Below are positions 1 to 9,710 of a DNA stretch of 64,000 nt, piece by piece. The notes under the pieces are model-generated. The model ran no database searches and had not been told where the DNA came from. It saw only the letters and a program-made list of their open reading frames with translations. The stretch covers positions 64,001-128,000 of the forward strand of contig JAHQWK010000002.1 of NCBI GenBank assembly GCA_029856145.1, given 5' to 3'. Position 1 is the first letter of the stretch, and every line of letters begins with the position of its first letter. A program made the position numbers and the translations under genes. The stretch comes from Promethearchaeia archaeon. GTDB lineage: Archaea > Asgardarchaeota > Lokiarchaeia > Sigyniarchaeales > SOKP01.

Positions 1-1
1 A

Positions 2-2356
2 CCTCCTGGACAAATAGAATTTAAAGGTTTGATTGTCGATGTCAATGTTACTGCGGATCTTTGGACAATAGATTTTGAAGTAGATGATTGGGATGGAGAT
101 CCATTTAACTATGGATTTGTAAAGGTAGGTAATGCCACTGATTATGTGTTAGAGACTCTAACCTTAGATTCTGATGGAAAAACGACTTTCCGGTGGACAG
201 ATCAACCCAGTTATAACTATACTGTATATTTTGATAATATCGATTATACAGAATATCCAACTCAGTTAAATTATAGTATTATTACATACACAGGTCAAGA
301 TATTTATCTTGAATATGTGAAAACAAGTATGTCTAAATTAGATATACGAGTCATTGATGACACAGAGACCGTACCTGTTGAAGGTATTACTGTTAGAGTT
401 GAAAACAGCACATCAGGCGAACATATAATAGATCTTAAAACGGATGATAATGGTACTGCTTATGGATTGATTAATAGTGATTTAGAATTTTGGTATTTAA
501 GAGAAACTCTTTATAATTTTTCCTTATGGGTGGTGACTGAACAACGTACATTTAGGGTAAATTATTCAGATCAAGCCTTTAATCCGGATACGATTTTAGA
601 TTACTATGAATACACATTAAATTCAGCTTCTTCCTTAGTATTTGAATTAGATTTGAACTACCAAAATAGATTATCTCAATTTCAAAATGGAAGTCTTGTT
701 GCGGATTACAGTATTACTTATGGCCAAAATATGTCATTTTCCATAACCTTAGAAACTTCTGATAATGGTCTACCCGGACCCTGGACAACTGATGATGGTG
801 TTGGGACAACAATTAGTTGCATAATAAAAAGTACTGCGATTGGAAACCCAACAGTATATACAGAGGATATGAAATATACAATAAATGGAATATTTACCAT
901 TGAGATTAACTCAAGCAGATTTTCTGCAGGAGATTATGGTAAATCCTATATTGTAACTCTATCAGGAATAAAGTCATATTACAATAGTCCAGAAGATGTT
1001 TTATTCGTTATATCGATAGATTCAATGGCTACTGGTATGAGTTTCCATGACTATTCATCAATGCCTGATGAATTGCTAACTAATGAAGTTTCTCAATATT
1101 ATGATGAACTGATCAACATAACAGTAAGATATTATGATTTCATCAATGATGCTCCATTAGTCGCGGATACATTTACATATGATTGGGATTATGGCTCTGG
1201 TACAGTAAATCCTGATCCATTAAATCCTGGATATTATACAATTGAGATCGATACATCAGCAGCAACCAATGTTGGTAAATACCTTATTGAGATTACAGCT
1301 GGACTTGAGAATTATACAAAGATTGATGACGAGGGATTTTTTATTAACATCCTATCAAGACCTACAACTATTAACGGTGAAGATGGAATTTTATATGTCT
1401 CTCAAAATATCTTTATATTTAAAGAACTGAATTTTACTTTTAACTATTTAGATGAGATGAGAGGTACTCCTATTTCAAGCTTGGACGAGATGAGTTATCT
1501 TCTACAAAAACTTGATGAAAATGGTGTTCCTATTCCTGGTACAACAGAAACAGGATCTCTAGTTGAAGGAGTAGACGAATTCATCTTAGATCTTGATACA
1601 GAAACAAGGGAAGATGGAGAATATTCAGTAATCGTAACTCTAGACAAAATGAATTGGGATCATAGTATTGCTATTATTTCCTTAACCATCATGAAGAGAG
1701 AAGTTGACATTGATTTACCTGAACCTCCATTTGTAGGTTCTAAAATAGAAATCGCTTCAGGAGCAGCTTTAGATTTTACTATAACTCTTACAGATCCAAA
1801 TAATGAAACACATCCTAATGCACCAGTAAGAGGAGCAAATGTTTATTTAACTATACAAGGCAGAGATATTCCTTTTAATTATACTGGTAATGGCGTCTAT
1901 GCAATAGAACGGACTGTAATAGCTGATGCATTCTTTATGCCTCAAACATTTACAGCCACACTTAATATTGAGAAACAATATTTTTCTACATCATCAACAA
2001 GTATTACAGTAGTAGTTAAAATGCAAGAAATTTTTGGAATTCCGACGTTCTATTTCTTGATGATTGTAGGCTCAATTGTAGCCGTAGCAGGTAGTTTAGT
2101 TGCTTATCGTACTATCCAAAGAGCTAGAATTCCTACCTTTGTTAAAAAAGCGAGAGAAATGAAGAAAAACATAAAAGGAAAGAAATCAATTTCAGAATCG
2201 CTTTTGTACCCTACAAAAGACGAATATCTAGTGAGGAAACTAGGAGAAAAATGGGAAGCAATTGGATTATCATTAGATGATATAATGGGTGTAAAAGGTA
2301 AAAAGTCAAAGAAATTACCTGAAGTAAAGGAAGAATTCACAGGAGGTGTTGATTAA
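2..2356 (+). CDS. Large membrane-anchored cell-surface protein (beta-rich, Ig-like segments), 5'-partial
   Basis: Frame is open from position 2 (PPGQIEFKG...), so the gene starts before the window. Acidic, T/Y/N-rich ectodomain, one C-terminal TM helix (FYFLMIVGSIVAVAGSLVAY) and a basic cytoplasmic tail. Stop overlaps the next start (TAATG). Confidence 0.75.
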   Translation, partial: PPGQIEFKGLIVDVNVTADLWTIDFEVDDWDGDPFNYGFVKVGNATDYVLETLTLDSDGKTTFRWTDQPSYNYTVYFDNIDYTEYPTQLNYSIITYTGQDIYLEYVKTSMSKLDIRVIDDTETVPVEGITVRVENSTSGEHIIDLKTDDNGTAYGLINSDLEFWYLRETLYNFSLWVVTEQRTFRVNYSDQAFNPDTILDYYEYTLNSASSLVFELDLNYQNRLSQFQNGSLVADYSITYGQNMSFSITLETSDNGLPGPWTTDDGVGTTISCIIKSTAIGNPTVYTEDMKYTINGIFTIEINSSRFSAGDYGKSYIVTLSGIKSYYNSPEDVLFVISIDSMATGMSFHDYSSMPDELLTNEVSQYYDELINITVRYYDFINDAPLVADTFTYDWDYGSGTVNPDPLNPGYYTIEIDTSAATNVGKYLIEITAGLENYTKIDDEGFFINILSRPTTINGEDGILYVSQNIFIFKELNFTFNYLDEMRGTPISSLDEMSYLLQKLDENGVPIPGTTETGSLVEGVDEFILDLDTETREDGEYSVIVTLDKMNWDHSIAIISLTIMKREVDIDLPEPPFVGSKIEIASGAALDFTITLTDPNNETHPNAPVRGANVYLTIQGRDIPFNYTGNGVYAIERTVIADAFFMPQTFTATLNIEKQYFSTSSTSITVVVKMQEIFGIPTFYFLMIVGSIVAVAGSLVAYRTIQRARIPTFVKKAREMKKNIKGKKSISESLLYPTKDEYLVRKLGEKWEAIGLSLDDIMGVKGKKSKKLPEVKEEFTGGVD

Positions 2357-3471
2357 TGCCAGTAGGATTAGTAGTAATGAGATGGGATGAAAGAGTTGGA
2401 ACTGAAATTCTTGCAAAACACCCTGAAGAAATTAATGTAACTGATAAAACACTCATGCAAGTTTATAGCACTCATGAGTACAGCGGGGAATCCGGAATGA
2501 TAAGTTTAATGATTGGTTCCTTAAATATTGCCTCATATTATACAGGGCCTGATAAAGGATTTTACATTCTTTTACTCTTAAGTCTTGATGATGATCCAGA
2601 TTCGTATGAAGGAGGATTAATAGATATTTCACGTATTATTTTACAAAATATGGCGGATGATGCCTATGTATCAATGATCCCTACACTCTTCAGAAGACTT
2701 TCTGTTTATCCTACACTGAATAATGAGCAACGACTTGCTATCACATATCAAGATGAGATTAAACGGATGATCCTTAATCGTTTAAGAGATGAAGGTGTGG
2801 TTTCTAAGTCAGAATTGATGGTGTGGTTGAAGGACCAATACAAGCAAGGCTTTGTAGATTTAGAAGGAGTATTGATCGAACTTGTTAAGCGTGAAATCGT
2901 CAAGGAGACATCAGTCAAAGGTATGCCCTCAGAGCTTATATTTTTAATACAAGATGTTGTTGCTTTGAGAGTACCTCCTGTTAAAATGTTAGATGATCCC
3001 GCTAGTCGTGGTCTACCGGCTCAACTTGTAGAAGACTATAAAATAGAAGTTAAGAAATTCTTTCAAAATTATCGTCCTACAGAAGGAGATAATCTTAGAA
3101 TTATAGATATTCTTATTAATCCTCAAGTCTATGAAACGTTGAAGTTATTAAGAACAGCAATAGTGACTAAGAATGACCTTGAGAAGCTAAGAAAGAAAGG
3201 TGTTGATGATCTTGATAACGTATTAAAGATGCTATGGGATACTCAAATGATTCAAGTTTTTCAAGACGAAAGGAACAACGAATATTATGCCTTACTCTCA
3301 GATTTTCATATGAATCTAATTTTTCCAAAATATCTTCTAAACATTATTAGGAAAGTATATGACCAGAAATCAAAAGCTAATCAAGTCTTAATTGAATATC
3401 TTACAGTTTTAGAAAATTCTTACTCAGACATTAAAGCAGCAGCTAAAGCTGAAGCAAAAGCTAAAGTATAA
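2356..3471 (+). CDS. Asgard longin/uDENN-like domain protein
   Basis: N-terminus GLVVMRWDERVGTEILAKHP resembles the uDENN/longin first strand-loop (hhhhxFDxxxGPxhxxxYP); translationally coupled to the upstream membrane protein. Confidence 0.5.
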   Translation: MPVGLVVMRWDERVGTEILAKHPEEINVTDKTLMQVYSTHEYSGESGMISLMIGSLNIASYYTGPDKGFYILLLLSLDDDPDSYEGGLIDISRIILQNMADDAYVSMIPTLFRRLSVYPTLNNEQRLAITYQDEIKRMILNRLRDEGVVSKSELMVWLKDQYKQGFVDLEGVLIELVKREIVKETSVKGMPSELIFLIQDVVALRVPPVKMLDDPASRGLPAQLVEDYKIEVKKFFQNYRPTEGDNLRIIDILINPQVYETLKLLRTAIVTKNDLEKLRKKGVDDLDNVLKMLWDTQMIQVFQDERNNEYYALLSDFHMNLIFPKYLLNIIRKVYDQKSKANQVLIEYLTVLENSYSDIKAAAKAEAKAKV

Positions 3472-3571
3472 TTTATCTTTTTATTTTTTTTTTTACTTTT
3501 ATTATCGCAAAATTTTTGAATTCTTAAAGATAATTCTTTGTAATAAACCTATAATTAATTTAAAACTAAAA

Positions 3572-4912
3572 GTGATTAAGATGGAAAAAGACTCTTTTCC
3601 TTCCTGTGAACAGTATTTTGATGTTCCAGAAGCGGTTGGGTTAGATGGAATCGATTTGGAAAAATATATAATTGCCTCATATATTATTAAACGACCTAAA
3701 GGGCAAAATGTCAATTATTTATCTCGCTTTGCAGCAATCGAACAATCTACTGGAACATGGGTAAGGGTTCCTGCTGAAACTGAGGAAGTTAGAAAACATC
3801 ATGTCGCAAGAGTACTAGGTGTCTATGAACTCCCAATGTTTGAATATTATATTCCAAAAGATATAAAAGAAAGAATATATTTCGTACAAATTGGATTTCC
3901 AGTAGTAAATATTAAGGGTATGGGAATTCCAATGCTTTTTACAACAGTTATTGGAAATATTAGTATTACCCATGGTTTAAAACTTGTTGATTTAGCATTT
4001 CCTAAAGCGTGGCTGGAAGATTTTAAAGGTCCAAAATATGGTATTGATGGTATTCGAAAACTAATGAATATTCCTGAACGACCTCTTTTAAATAACATGG
4101 TAAAGCCTTGTACGGGTCATACTGCAGAAGTTGCAGCTGATTTAGTTTATAAAGCTGCAGTCGGGGGTTGTGACGTAGTGAAAGATGATGAACTTATTTC
4201 TAATCCCTCCTTTAATACTCTTGAAGATAGAATTGTCAAAGTTATGGAGGCTGTAGATAGAGCAGATTCAGAAAAAGGAGAGAAAACTCTTTACACAATT
4301 AATATTACTACTAAATTCCCAGATATGTTTGAATACGCAGATAAAATGATAGAATTAGGAGCTAATGCTTTAATGATAAATTATTTAGCTACTGGTTTCG
4401 AAGCCTTAAGACAAATAGCAGAGGATCCTTCAATAAAAGTTCCAATTTTGGGCCACATGGACTTCGGTGGTACTTACTTTGGAGGAGAATGGACGGGTAT
4501 GACAAGTATGTTAACCTTTGCGAAGTTACCACGGATTTGTGGAGCAGATACAGTGGTTATCCCCGCACCTTATGGAAAAGCAGAAATTCTGGAAGAAAGA
4601 TACGAACAAAATCTTAAAGCACTTCGATATCCGCTACAACATATTAAACCAACACTACCGATGCCATCTGGAGGAATTACACAAGGGATGGTGGAGAAGT
4701 GTATAAAAGAAGCTGGAAAAGACATTCTTATTGGTAGTGGCGGTGGAATCCATAGCCATCCTGATGGTCCAACAGCAGGAGCTAAAGCATTTAGACAAGC
4801 GATAGATGCTGTAATGGAAGGAAAAAGTGTTAGAGAAGTTGCTAAAGAGAAAAAAGAACTAGGAGTAGCACTTGGTGTTTGGGGTACTGGAAAAACACAA
4901 CTAATTGAATAA
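3572..4912 (+). CDS. RuBisCO-like protein (form IV, RLP)
   Basis: AIEQSTGTW, GPKYGIDG, catalytic GGCDVVKDDE, PSGG and GGGIHSHPDG motifs. KPCTG replaces KPKxG and GHMD replaces HRA, indicating a non-carboxylating RLP. Confidence 0.9.
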   Translation: MIKMEKDSFPSCEQYFDVPEAVGLDGIDLEKYIIASYIIKRPKGQNVNYLSRFAAIEQSTGTWVRVPAETEEVRKHHVARVLGVYELPMFEYYIPKDIKERIYFVQIGFPVVNIKGMGIPMLFTTVIGNISITHGLKLVDLAFPKAWLEDFKGPKYGIDGIRKLMNIPERPLLNNMVKPCTGHTAEVAADLVYKAAVGGCDVVKDDELISNPSFNTLEDRIVKVMEAVDRADSEKGEKTLYTINITTKFPDMFEYADKMIELGANALMINYLATGFEALRQIAEDPSIKVPILGHMDFGGTYFGGEWTGMTSMLTFAKLPRICGADTVVIPAPYGKAEILEERYEQNLKALRYPLQHIKPTLPMPSGGITQGMVEKCIKEAGKDILIGSGGGIHSHPDGPTAGAKAFRQAIDAVMEGKSVREVAKEKKELGVALGVWGTGKTQLIE

Positions 4913-4937
4913 TTAAATATTCTACTTTTATTTTATT

Positions 4938-5903
4938 TTATTTTATTTTAATATAAGAATCTTTCAGAAGAACCTTTATTTTCTGATCAAATTCATCTGA
5001 ACTAATTTTGTTTCCAAGTTCATTACCTCTCAGGTCTAAAAATTCTAGATTTGGTAAGCTTATAATATAATTTAAGTTTTCAATTTCACTGATATTATTA
5101 TTAGTTAAAATTAAGTGAGTTAAGTCTTTTAAGTGGATTAATTCCTTAACATTTTCAATCCTACTATTTGAGAGATCAATTTTTTTCAGAGATTTTAGAT
5201 GTTCTAAGCCTATTATCTCAGAAATTGATTGAATATTATTTTTCCATCCAAAAGGAGTACCTTTAACTTCATATTCTAAATAATCTGATAAATCTAATTC
5301 TTGAATTAATCCATTTTGTGGATCTAATTCATAATATACATTAGGATATTGATTTATCAGATTAACGATCATTAAATAATTAATTAAAATTTCTGCCAAT
5401 TCTCTATGGGTAAAAGAATTTATTTTCTTAGTTTTTATGAATTTTTTAATTACTTTTTTAAATTTCTTATTTTCAATCCTTTTTTCTTTGTTGAGATATT
5501 TAGTTTTTATTATTTTCTTGATTTCATTAACTAGAATCAACTTAGATTCATAAGAATTTATTTTTTCTAATGATTGGATTATTGTTATCAAGCATTCATA
5601 ATCTATTTCATGTTTTATAGCCCATTTCAAGGGATTAATCACTTTCTCAAGGAATTTATGTTTCATAAATTTTGTTGCGGCATTTCTTATCCTACTATTT
5701 GAATCAGAAATAAGTAGGTTTTCTAAAAAGCTAAATAATTTATTATTAATTAGCCCGATTTTTTCTAAATTTATAATAGCTTTTAATCTTACATTCTCAT
5801 TTTCACTATTTTCAACTAGTGAAGTTAGTAAATCGTAAGCAGTATTTTTATTTATACTCATATTCCTAAGATCTTCATATATTTCTTCAGGATTTAAATC
5901 CAT
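4938..5903 (-). CDS. HEAT-like N-terminal domain plus LRR protein
   Basis: N-terminal LENLLISDS..IRNAA..PLKWA block shared with 11477 and 12976; C-terminal LxxLDLSxNxI repeats. Confidence 0.85.
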   Translation of the reverse strand: MDLNPEEIYEDLRNMSINKNTAYDLLTSLVENSENENVRLKAIINLEKIGLINNKLFSFLENLLISDSNSRIRNAATKFMKHKFLEKVINPLKWAIKHEIDYECLITIIQSLEKINSYESKLILVNEIKKIIKTKYLNKEKRIENKKFKKVIKKFIKTKKINSFTHRELAEILINYLMIVNLINQYPNVYYELDPQNGLIQELDLSDYLEYEVKGTPFGWKNNIQSISEIIGLEHLKSLKKIDLSNSRIENVKELIHLKDLTHLILTNNNISEIENLNYIISLPNLEFLDLRGNELGNKISSDEFDQKIKVLLKDSYIKIK

Positions 5904-6170
5904 TATGTATCATAAGAAAAATTAATTAAAATGAATGCAATTATATTAGGTATAAATAATAGAAACTTTATTATTTTCATAATATTTTCAAAGGGATATT
6001 AAAATGATAAGCATATCAAAAATTATGATTTTACGGTCATTAACATTATCATTATAAAAATTGCTGAAGAGAAGATATCTTCAGCTTGATTTTCAATTTT
6101 TCAAAATTTATTCATTTTGAATTAATCTAATTATATACATTGTGTTCTTAGTAATCTCAAGAAAATAAGT

Positions 6171-7364
6171 TTAATTAAAGTTGAATGGAGGAAATTTTCT
6201 TTTGCTGTTAAAGTTCTGCACTAATGCGATTTTTAACTCATTAAAAGGTTTTAAATTTCCTGAAAACACTGTTGCTGTTATATCACTAATTTGAGGATCT
6301 AATAATTTTTCTACCTGTTCCACTTTTTCTAAATTTCCCTCTGAGAGCATTGAAAGAAAGTAGTCGTTTTGATATTTCTTGAAAGTTAAAAATCGATATT
6401 TTTGAAAGCCTAATTTTACTGCAATCCATCGAGGTGTGGCACCAGTATTTCCTTGGGTATTAGCAGCAATAGCTTCGATTTTTGCTGTGAGCATTGATTC
6501 CTTCATCTCTTTTTCTTCTTCTGGATTTTCGAATTCACCTAGAGAATCAAACTTTAAGTTTTCTTCCCCTATTAAAAATGAAATCACTCCAATGGACATT
6601 GAAGATAATCCTAAATAATCAATTCTAATTGAATCTTCTACATATGGAATTTCTTGATCTGTAATTATCTCTTGGAATCTAACATATTGCTGTAAAATAA
6701 ACTTAGTTCGTCTTTTAAATTCCATTTCAATTTGATATTTCTCAAACTTATCTAATTCGTCTGGATTCTTACCATGTAGTAATTCTGAGAAATGATTTGA
6801 CATCTGTTCAAGGATCCATTTGCCTTTCTTATCAGGAAATCTTCCATAAACTAGATAAATGATATCATTTTTTTCATAAAATTGACATTTCTCTTCTTTT
6901 TCTTTTTTTTCAGAAATAAGGAGCATTTTATCAAGTTCTCCTTCTAAAATGCCTGTAGCGATATTATCCAGGTTATTTGTTAATTCTAATAAATAACTAT
7001 AATTAGAATTACTACAGTAAAGTTGTGTCCTTTCAGTTGTTGTAATTCCCATTAATTTCACATACTCTCCTTTCTTCAATTTGATTTTATCGCTATCTAA
7101 ATTGATAATTAAAGGTTGTTCCTTAACTCTTACTTTTGTGCCTAATTTCGAAGATAATGTGGTAGCTTTTGTCTTAAATTCTTTAGGTTGAGGTTTTTCA
7201 TCTTTCTCTGTAGTTAAATCAAATAGATTTGCTATAAATTTCTTGCATCGAGGACATAAACTGTTCTTCGGATAAGGCTTTGATATTACATATCTACAAT
7301 GTGGACATTCAACCTCGCTCTGCTTTTCTTTTTGAGGGAAAAAAGAATTAGAAATTTTTACCAA
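6171..7364 (-). CDS. Zn-ribbon protein with probable longin/roadblock-like domains
   Basis: CPHC..CPRC at the N-terminus; later segments (IYLVYGRFP..WILEQMSNHF) have a longin-like strand/helix pattern. Confidence 0.5.
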   Translation of the reverse strand: MVKISNSFFPQKEKQSEVECPHCRYVISKPYPKNSLCPRCKKFIANLFDLTTEKDEKPQPKEFKTKATTLSSKLGTKVRVKEQPLIINLDSDKIKLKKGEYVKLMGITTTERTQLYCSNSNYSYLLELTNNLDNIATGILEGELDKMLLISEKKEKEEKCQFYEKNDIIYLVYGRFPDKKGKWILEQMSNHFSELLHGKNPDELDKFEKYQIEMEFKRRTKFILQQYVRFQEIITDQEIPYVEDSIRIDYLGLSSMSIGVISFLIGEENLKFDSLGEFENPEEEKEMKESMLTAKIEAIAANTQGNTGATPRWIAVKLGFQKYRFLTFKKYQNDYFLSMLSEGNLEKVEQVEKLLDPQISDITATVFSGNLKPFNELKIALVQNFNSKRKFPPFNFN

Positions 7365-7401
7365 CTCACCTAATAATTGAAATAATATTAATTTAATGGG
7401 A

Positions 7402-8487
7402 TTATAAGTATTTATTTGCTATTGTTCTAAATGCATTTAAAAAATTATTATTATCTTCTTCTGTTCCAATAGTCACTCTAATATAATTATAGAGCCCTGG
7501 TTTACTAAAATGCCGGACCAAGATTTTCAAATCCTTTAGGTCCCACACAAACTTTAATGTTTTAGATTTATCTTCAAATTTTACAAATATAAAATTAGCA
7601 TCAGAAGGTAACACTGTGATACCATCATATTTATTTAACACTTCAGTAAGTCTCCTTCTTTCTTCTAAAATTTTCTCGTTATGCTCTGATATCTTCTTGT
7701 TATGTTTAATAGATGATAAAGCTGCTATATATCCAAGATAATTAGTATTAAAAGGTAATTTAACTCTATTCATCTCCTTGATGATCTCAGCATCTGCTAA
7801 CGCATAACCAATTCTTAAAGAAGCAAGAGAAAAGCCTTTTGAAAAAGAACGATACACAATTAAATTCTGTGCTTTTTTTAATAATGGTAAACATGTTTGA
7901 GTAGAGAAATCTGCATATGCTTCATCAACAACAACAATACCAGGAAAACTTCCACAGAGCTTTAAAATTGTAGCATTTCCAATAGATTTTCCATTTGGAT
8001 CATTTGGAGAATTAATAAACATTAGTTTTCCTTTAGCTGAAAACGCATTGTCAGGAATTGAAAAATCCTCATTCAGTTGAATTTCATTAATCTTAGCATT
8101 ATAAAGTGTTGCGAGTACTTTATATAATCCATAAGTCGGATAAAATATCACTATTTCATCTCCAGGGTCAATAAACACCTTAAATATGACATCTAATATC
8201 TCATCTGAACCACTTCCAATAAATATTGAATTACGATTCGTAAGTGTATCCTTATCTCGTAATAGAACATTTAAGATCTCTTTCCGCAACTCAAAAGAAG
8301 TTGGATCAGGATAAAGTCGTAATTTTTCATTTATAGCTTTCTTTAAATCAGTTAAGACTTCCGGGATTGGAGGAAAAGAATTTTCATTTGTATTTAATTT
8401 AACCCAGCCATCTTCCATAGGTTGTTCAACAGGCTCATAAGCGGAATATTTCCTTAGATTTTCTCTTATCAATTTATTTAATTCCAT
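7402..8487 (-). CDS. hisC: Histidinol-phosphate aminotransferase
   Basis: KLNTNEN, YPDP, GSDE, SPNDPNG, DEAY and PLP-lysine motif RSFSKGFSLASLRIGY. Confidence 0.92.
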   Translation of the reverse strand: MELNKLIRENLRKYSAYEPVEQPMEDGWVKLNTNENSFPPIPEVLTDLKKAINEKLRLYPDPTSFELRKEILNVLLRDKDTLTNRNSIFIGSGSDEILDVIFKVFIDPGDEIVIFYPTYGLYKVLATLYNAKINEIQLNEDFSIPDNAFSAKGKLMFINSPNDPNGKSIGNATILKLCGSFPGIVVVDEAYADFSTQTCLPLLKKAQNLIVYRSFSKGFSLASLRIGYALADAEIIKEMNRVKLPFNTNYLGYIAALSSIKHNKKISEHNEKILEERRRLTEVLNKYDGITVLPSDANFIFVKFEDKSKTLKFVWDLKDLKILVRHFSKPGLYNYIRVTIGTEEDNNNFLNAFRTIANKYL

Positions 8488-8787
8488 TCTTGTACCCTTT
8501 TATAAATTTATAAGATATGATTACTTCAATGAATTTCTCATGCAATTAATAATTTAATATTTACATAATAAAATTTATTATTTACCTTTTGATTTCTCGA
8601 TTTTTGGTTTTTCTGGAATTTAGAAATATTAAAGTTCAAATCTTAAAATTTTTTTTATATAAAATATTAAAAAATATGAAAATCTAAATTAAATCTTTAA
8701 ATTAAAAAAACTTCGAAAACTCAATTTTTAAATTTATTAACACTATTTTATTTATAATATAAAGTCATGATTAAATAAATTATATAG

Positions 8788-9648
8788 GTGATTAAGATCG
8801 CTTCATATGCGCTAATGTTCGATGCTCGTCCAGGCGGGGAAATTGTCCCAATTAAATGGAGTAAAGACAGTTTTATGCCAGACACTTCGATAATAGTTTT
8901 AGACGAGGGTAGTGAAAATGTATATTTATGGCATGGTACTAAACAAGGATTAGTAGCTCGGAGAACTGCTCTTAGACAAGCGGAATCGCTTAAAGGACAT
9001 GGATATACTGTTGGTAGAAGCATAATTGGTCGGGATATTAAAAGTATTAAAGAAATCGATGCACGAAAAGTGGGAAAAGTTCCAGAAGATACACAAATGG
9101 ATGAAGAACTTCAAGAAATATTAGATAGGAAATTTACTGAGTTAGATAATTTTATTATTACTTTTAAAGCTGGGGCAGTAAAACCTGTTGCTACCGTAAA
9201 GGCAGAACCAAAAGTAGAAGCGAAGCCCGTACCCTCTCCTTCTGTATCAAAACCAGTTAAAACAGAAACAACACCAGTGGTTTCAAAACCGGTTACACCC
9301 ATAAAACCAAAGGAAGCAGGTTCTGAATATGATGTAGCTGAACCAATGCCTTCAATTAAAACAGAGACAAAACCAGCACCAGCAATAAAAGTTTCAACAA
9401 CGAGTCTATTAACTGATGCGAAAGTAGCATTTGTTTTTTCAGCGATTTTAGAACATTATGATGACATTTGGATTTCAAAAAAGTCAGATGGGAGCTTTGC
9501 TGTTGAGCAAATGGACGGTCCAATATGCCAATTTTTGATAAAAAGCTCAAAATTAAATTTTACAGCTAATAGTTTTTCTGGTGTTGATCCTAAAATAAAA
9601 ACAGCAATTCAAAAGAAATTTATCGAACTCTCGAAAATTATAGGATAA
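8788..9648 (+). CDS. Gelsolin-like domain protein with Pro/Lys-rich linker and a C-terminal domain
   Basis: DTSIIVLDEGSENVYLWHG..VARRTALRQAESL matches the gelsolin core (DxhhLDxxxxhYhWxG); P/K/T-rich linker follows. Confidence 0.75.
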   Translation: MIKIASYALMFDARPGGEIVPIKWSKDSFMPDTSIIVLDEGSENVYLWHGTKQGLVARRTALRQAESLKGHGYTVGRSIIGRDIKSIKEIDARKVGKVPEDTQMDEELQEILDRKFTELDNFIITFKAGAVKPVATVKAEPKVEAKPVPSPSVSKPVKTETTPVVSKPVTPIKPKEAGSEYDVAEPMPSIKTETKPAPAIKVSTTSLLTDAKVAFVFSAILEHYDDIWISKKSDGSFAVEQMDGPICQFLIKSSKLNFTANSFSGVDPKIKTAIQKKFIELSKIIG

Positions 9649-9710
9649 ATTATAATTTTTATTATATTCTTTTTTATTATTATTAAGATTTTAGAAGAGT
9701 TATTCAAATT

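Noticed and set aside
3572-4912. Carboxylating form III RuBisCO
   Set aside because: KPK and HRA substrate-binding residues are substituted.
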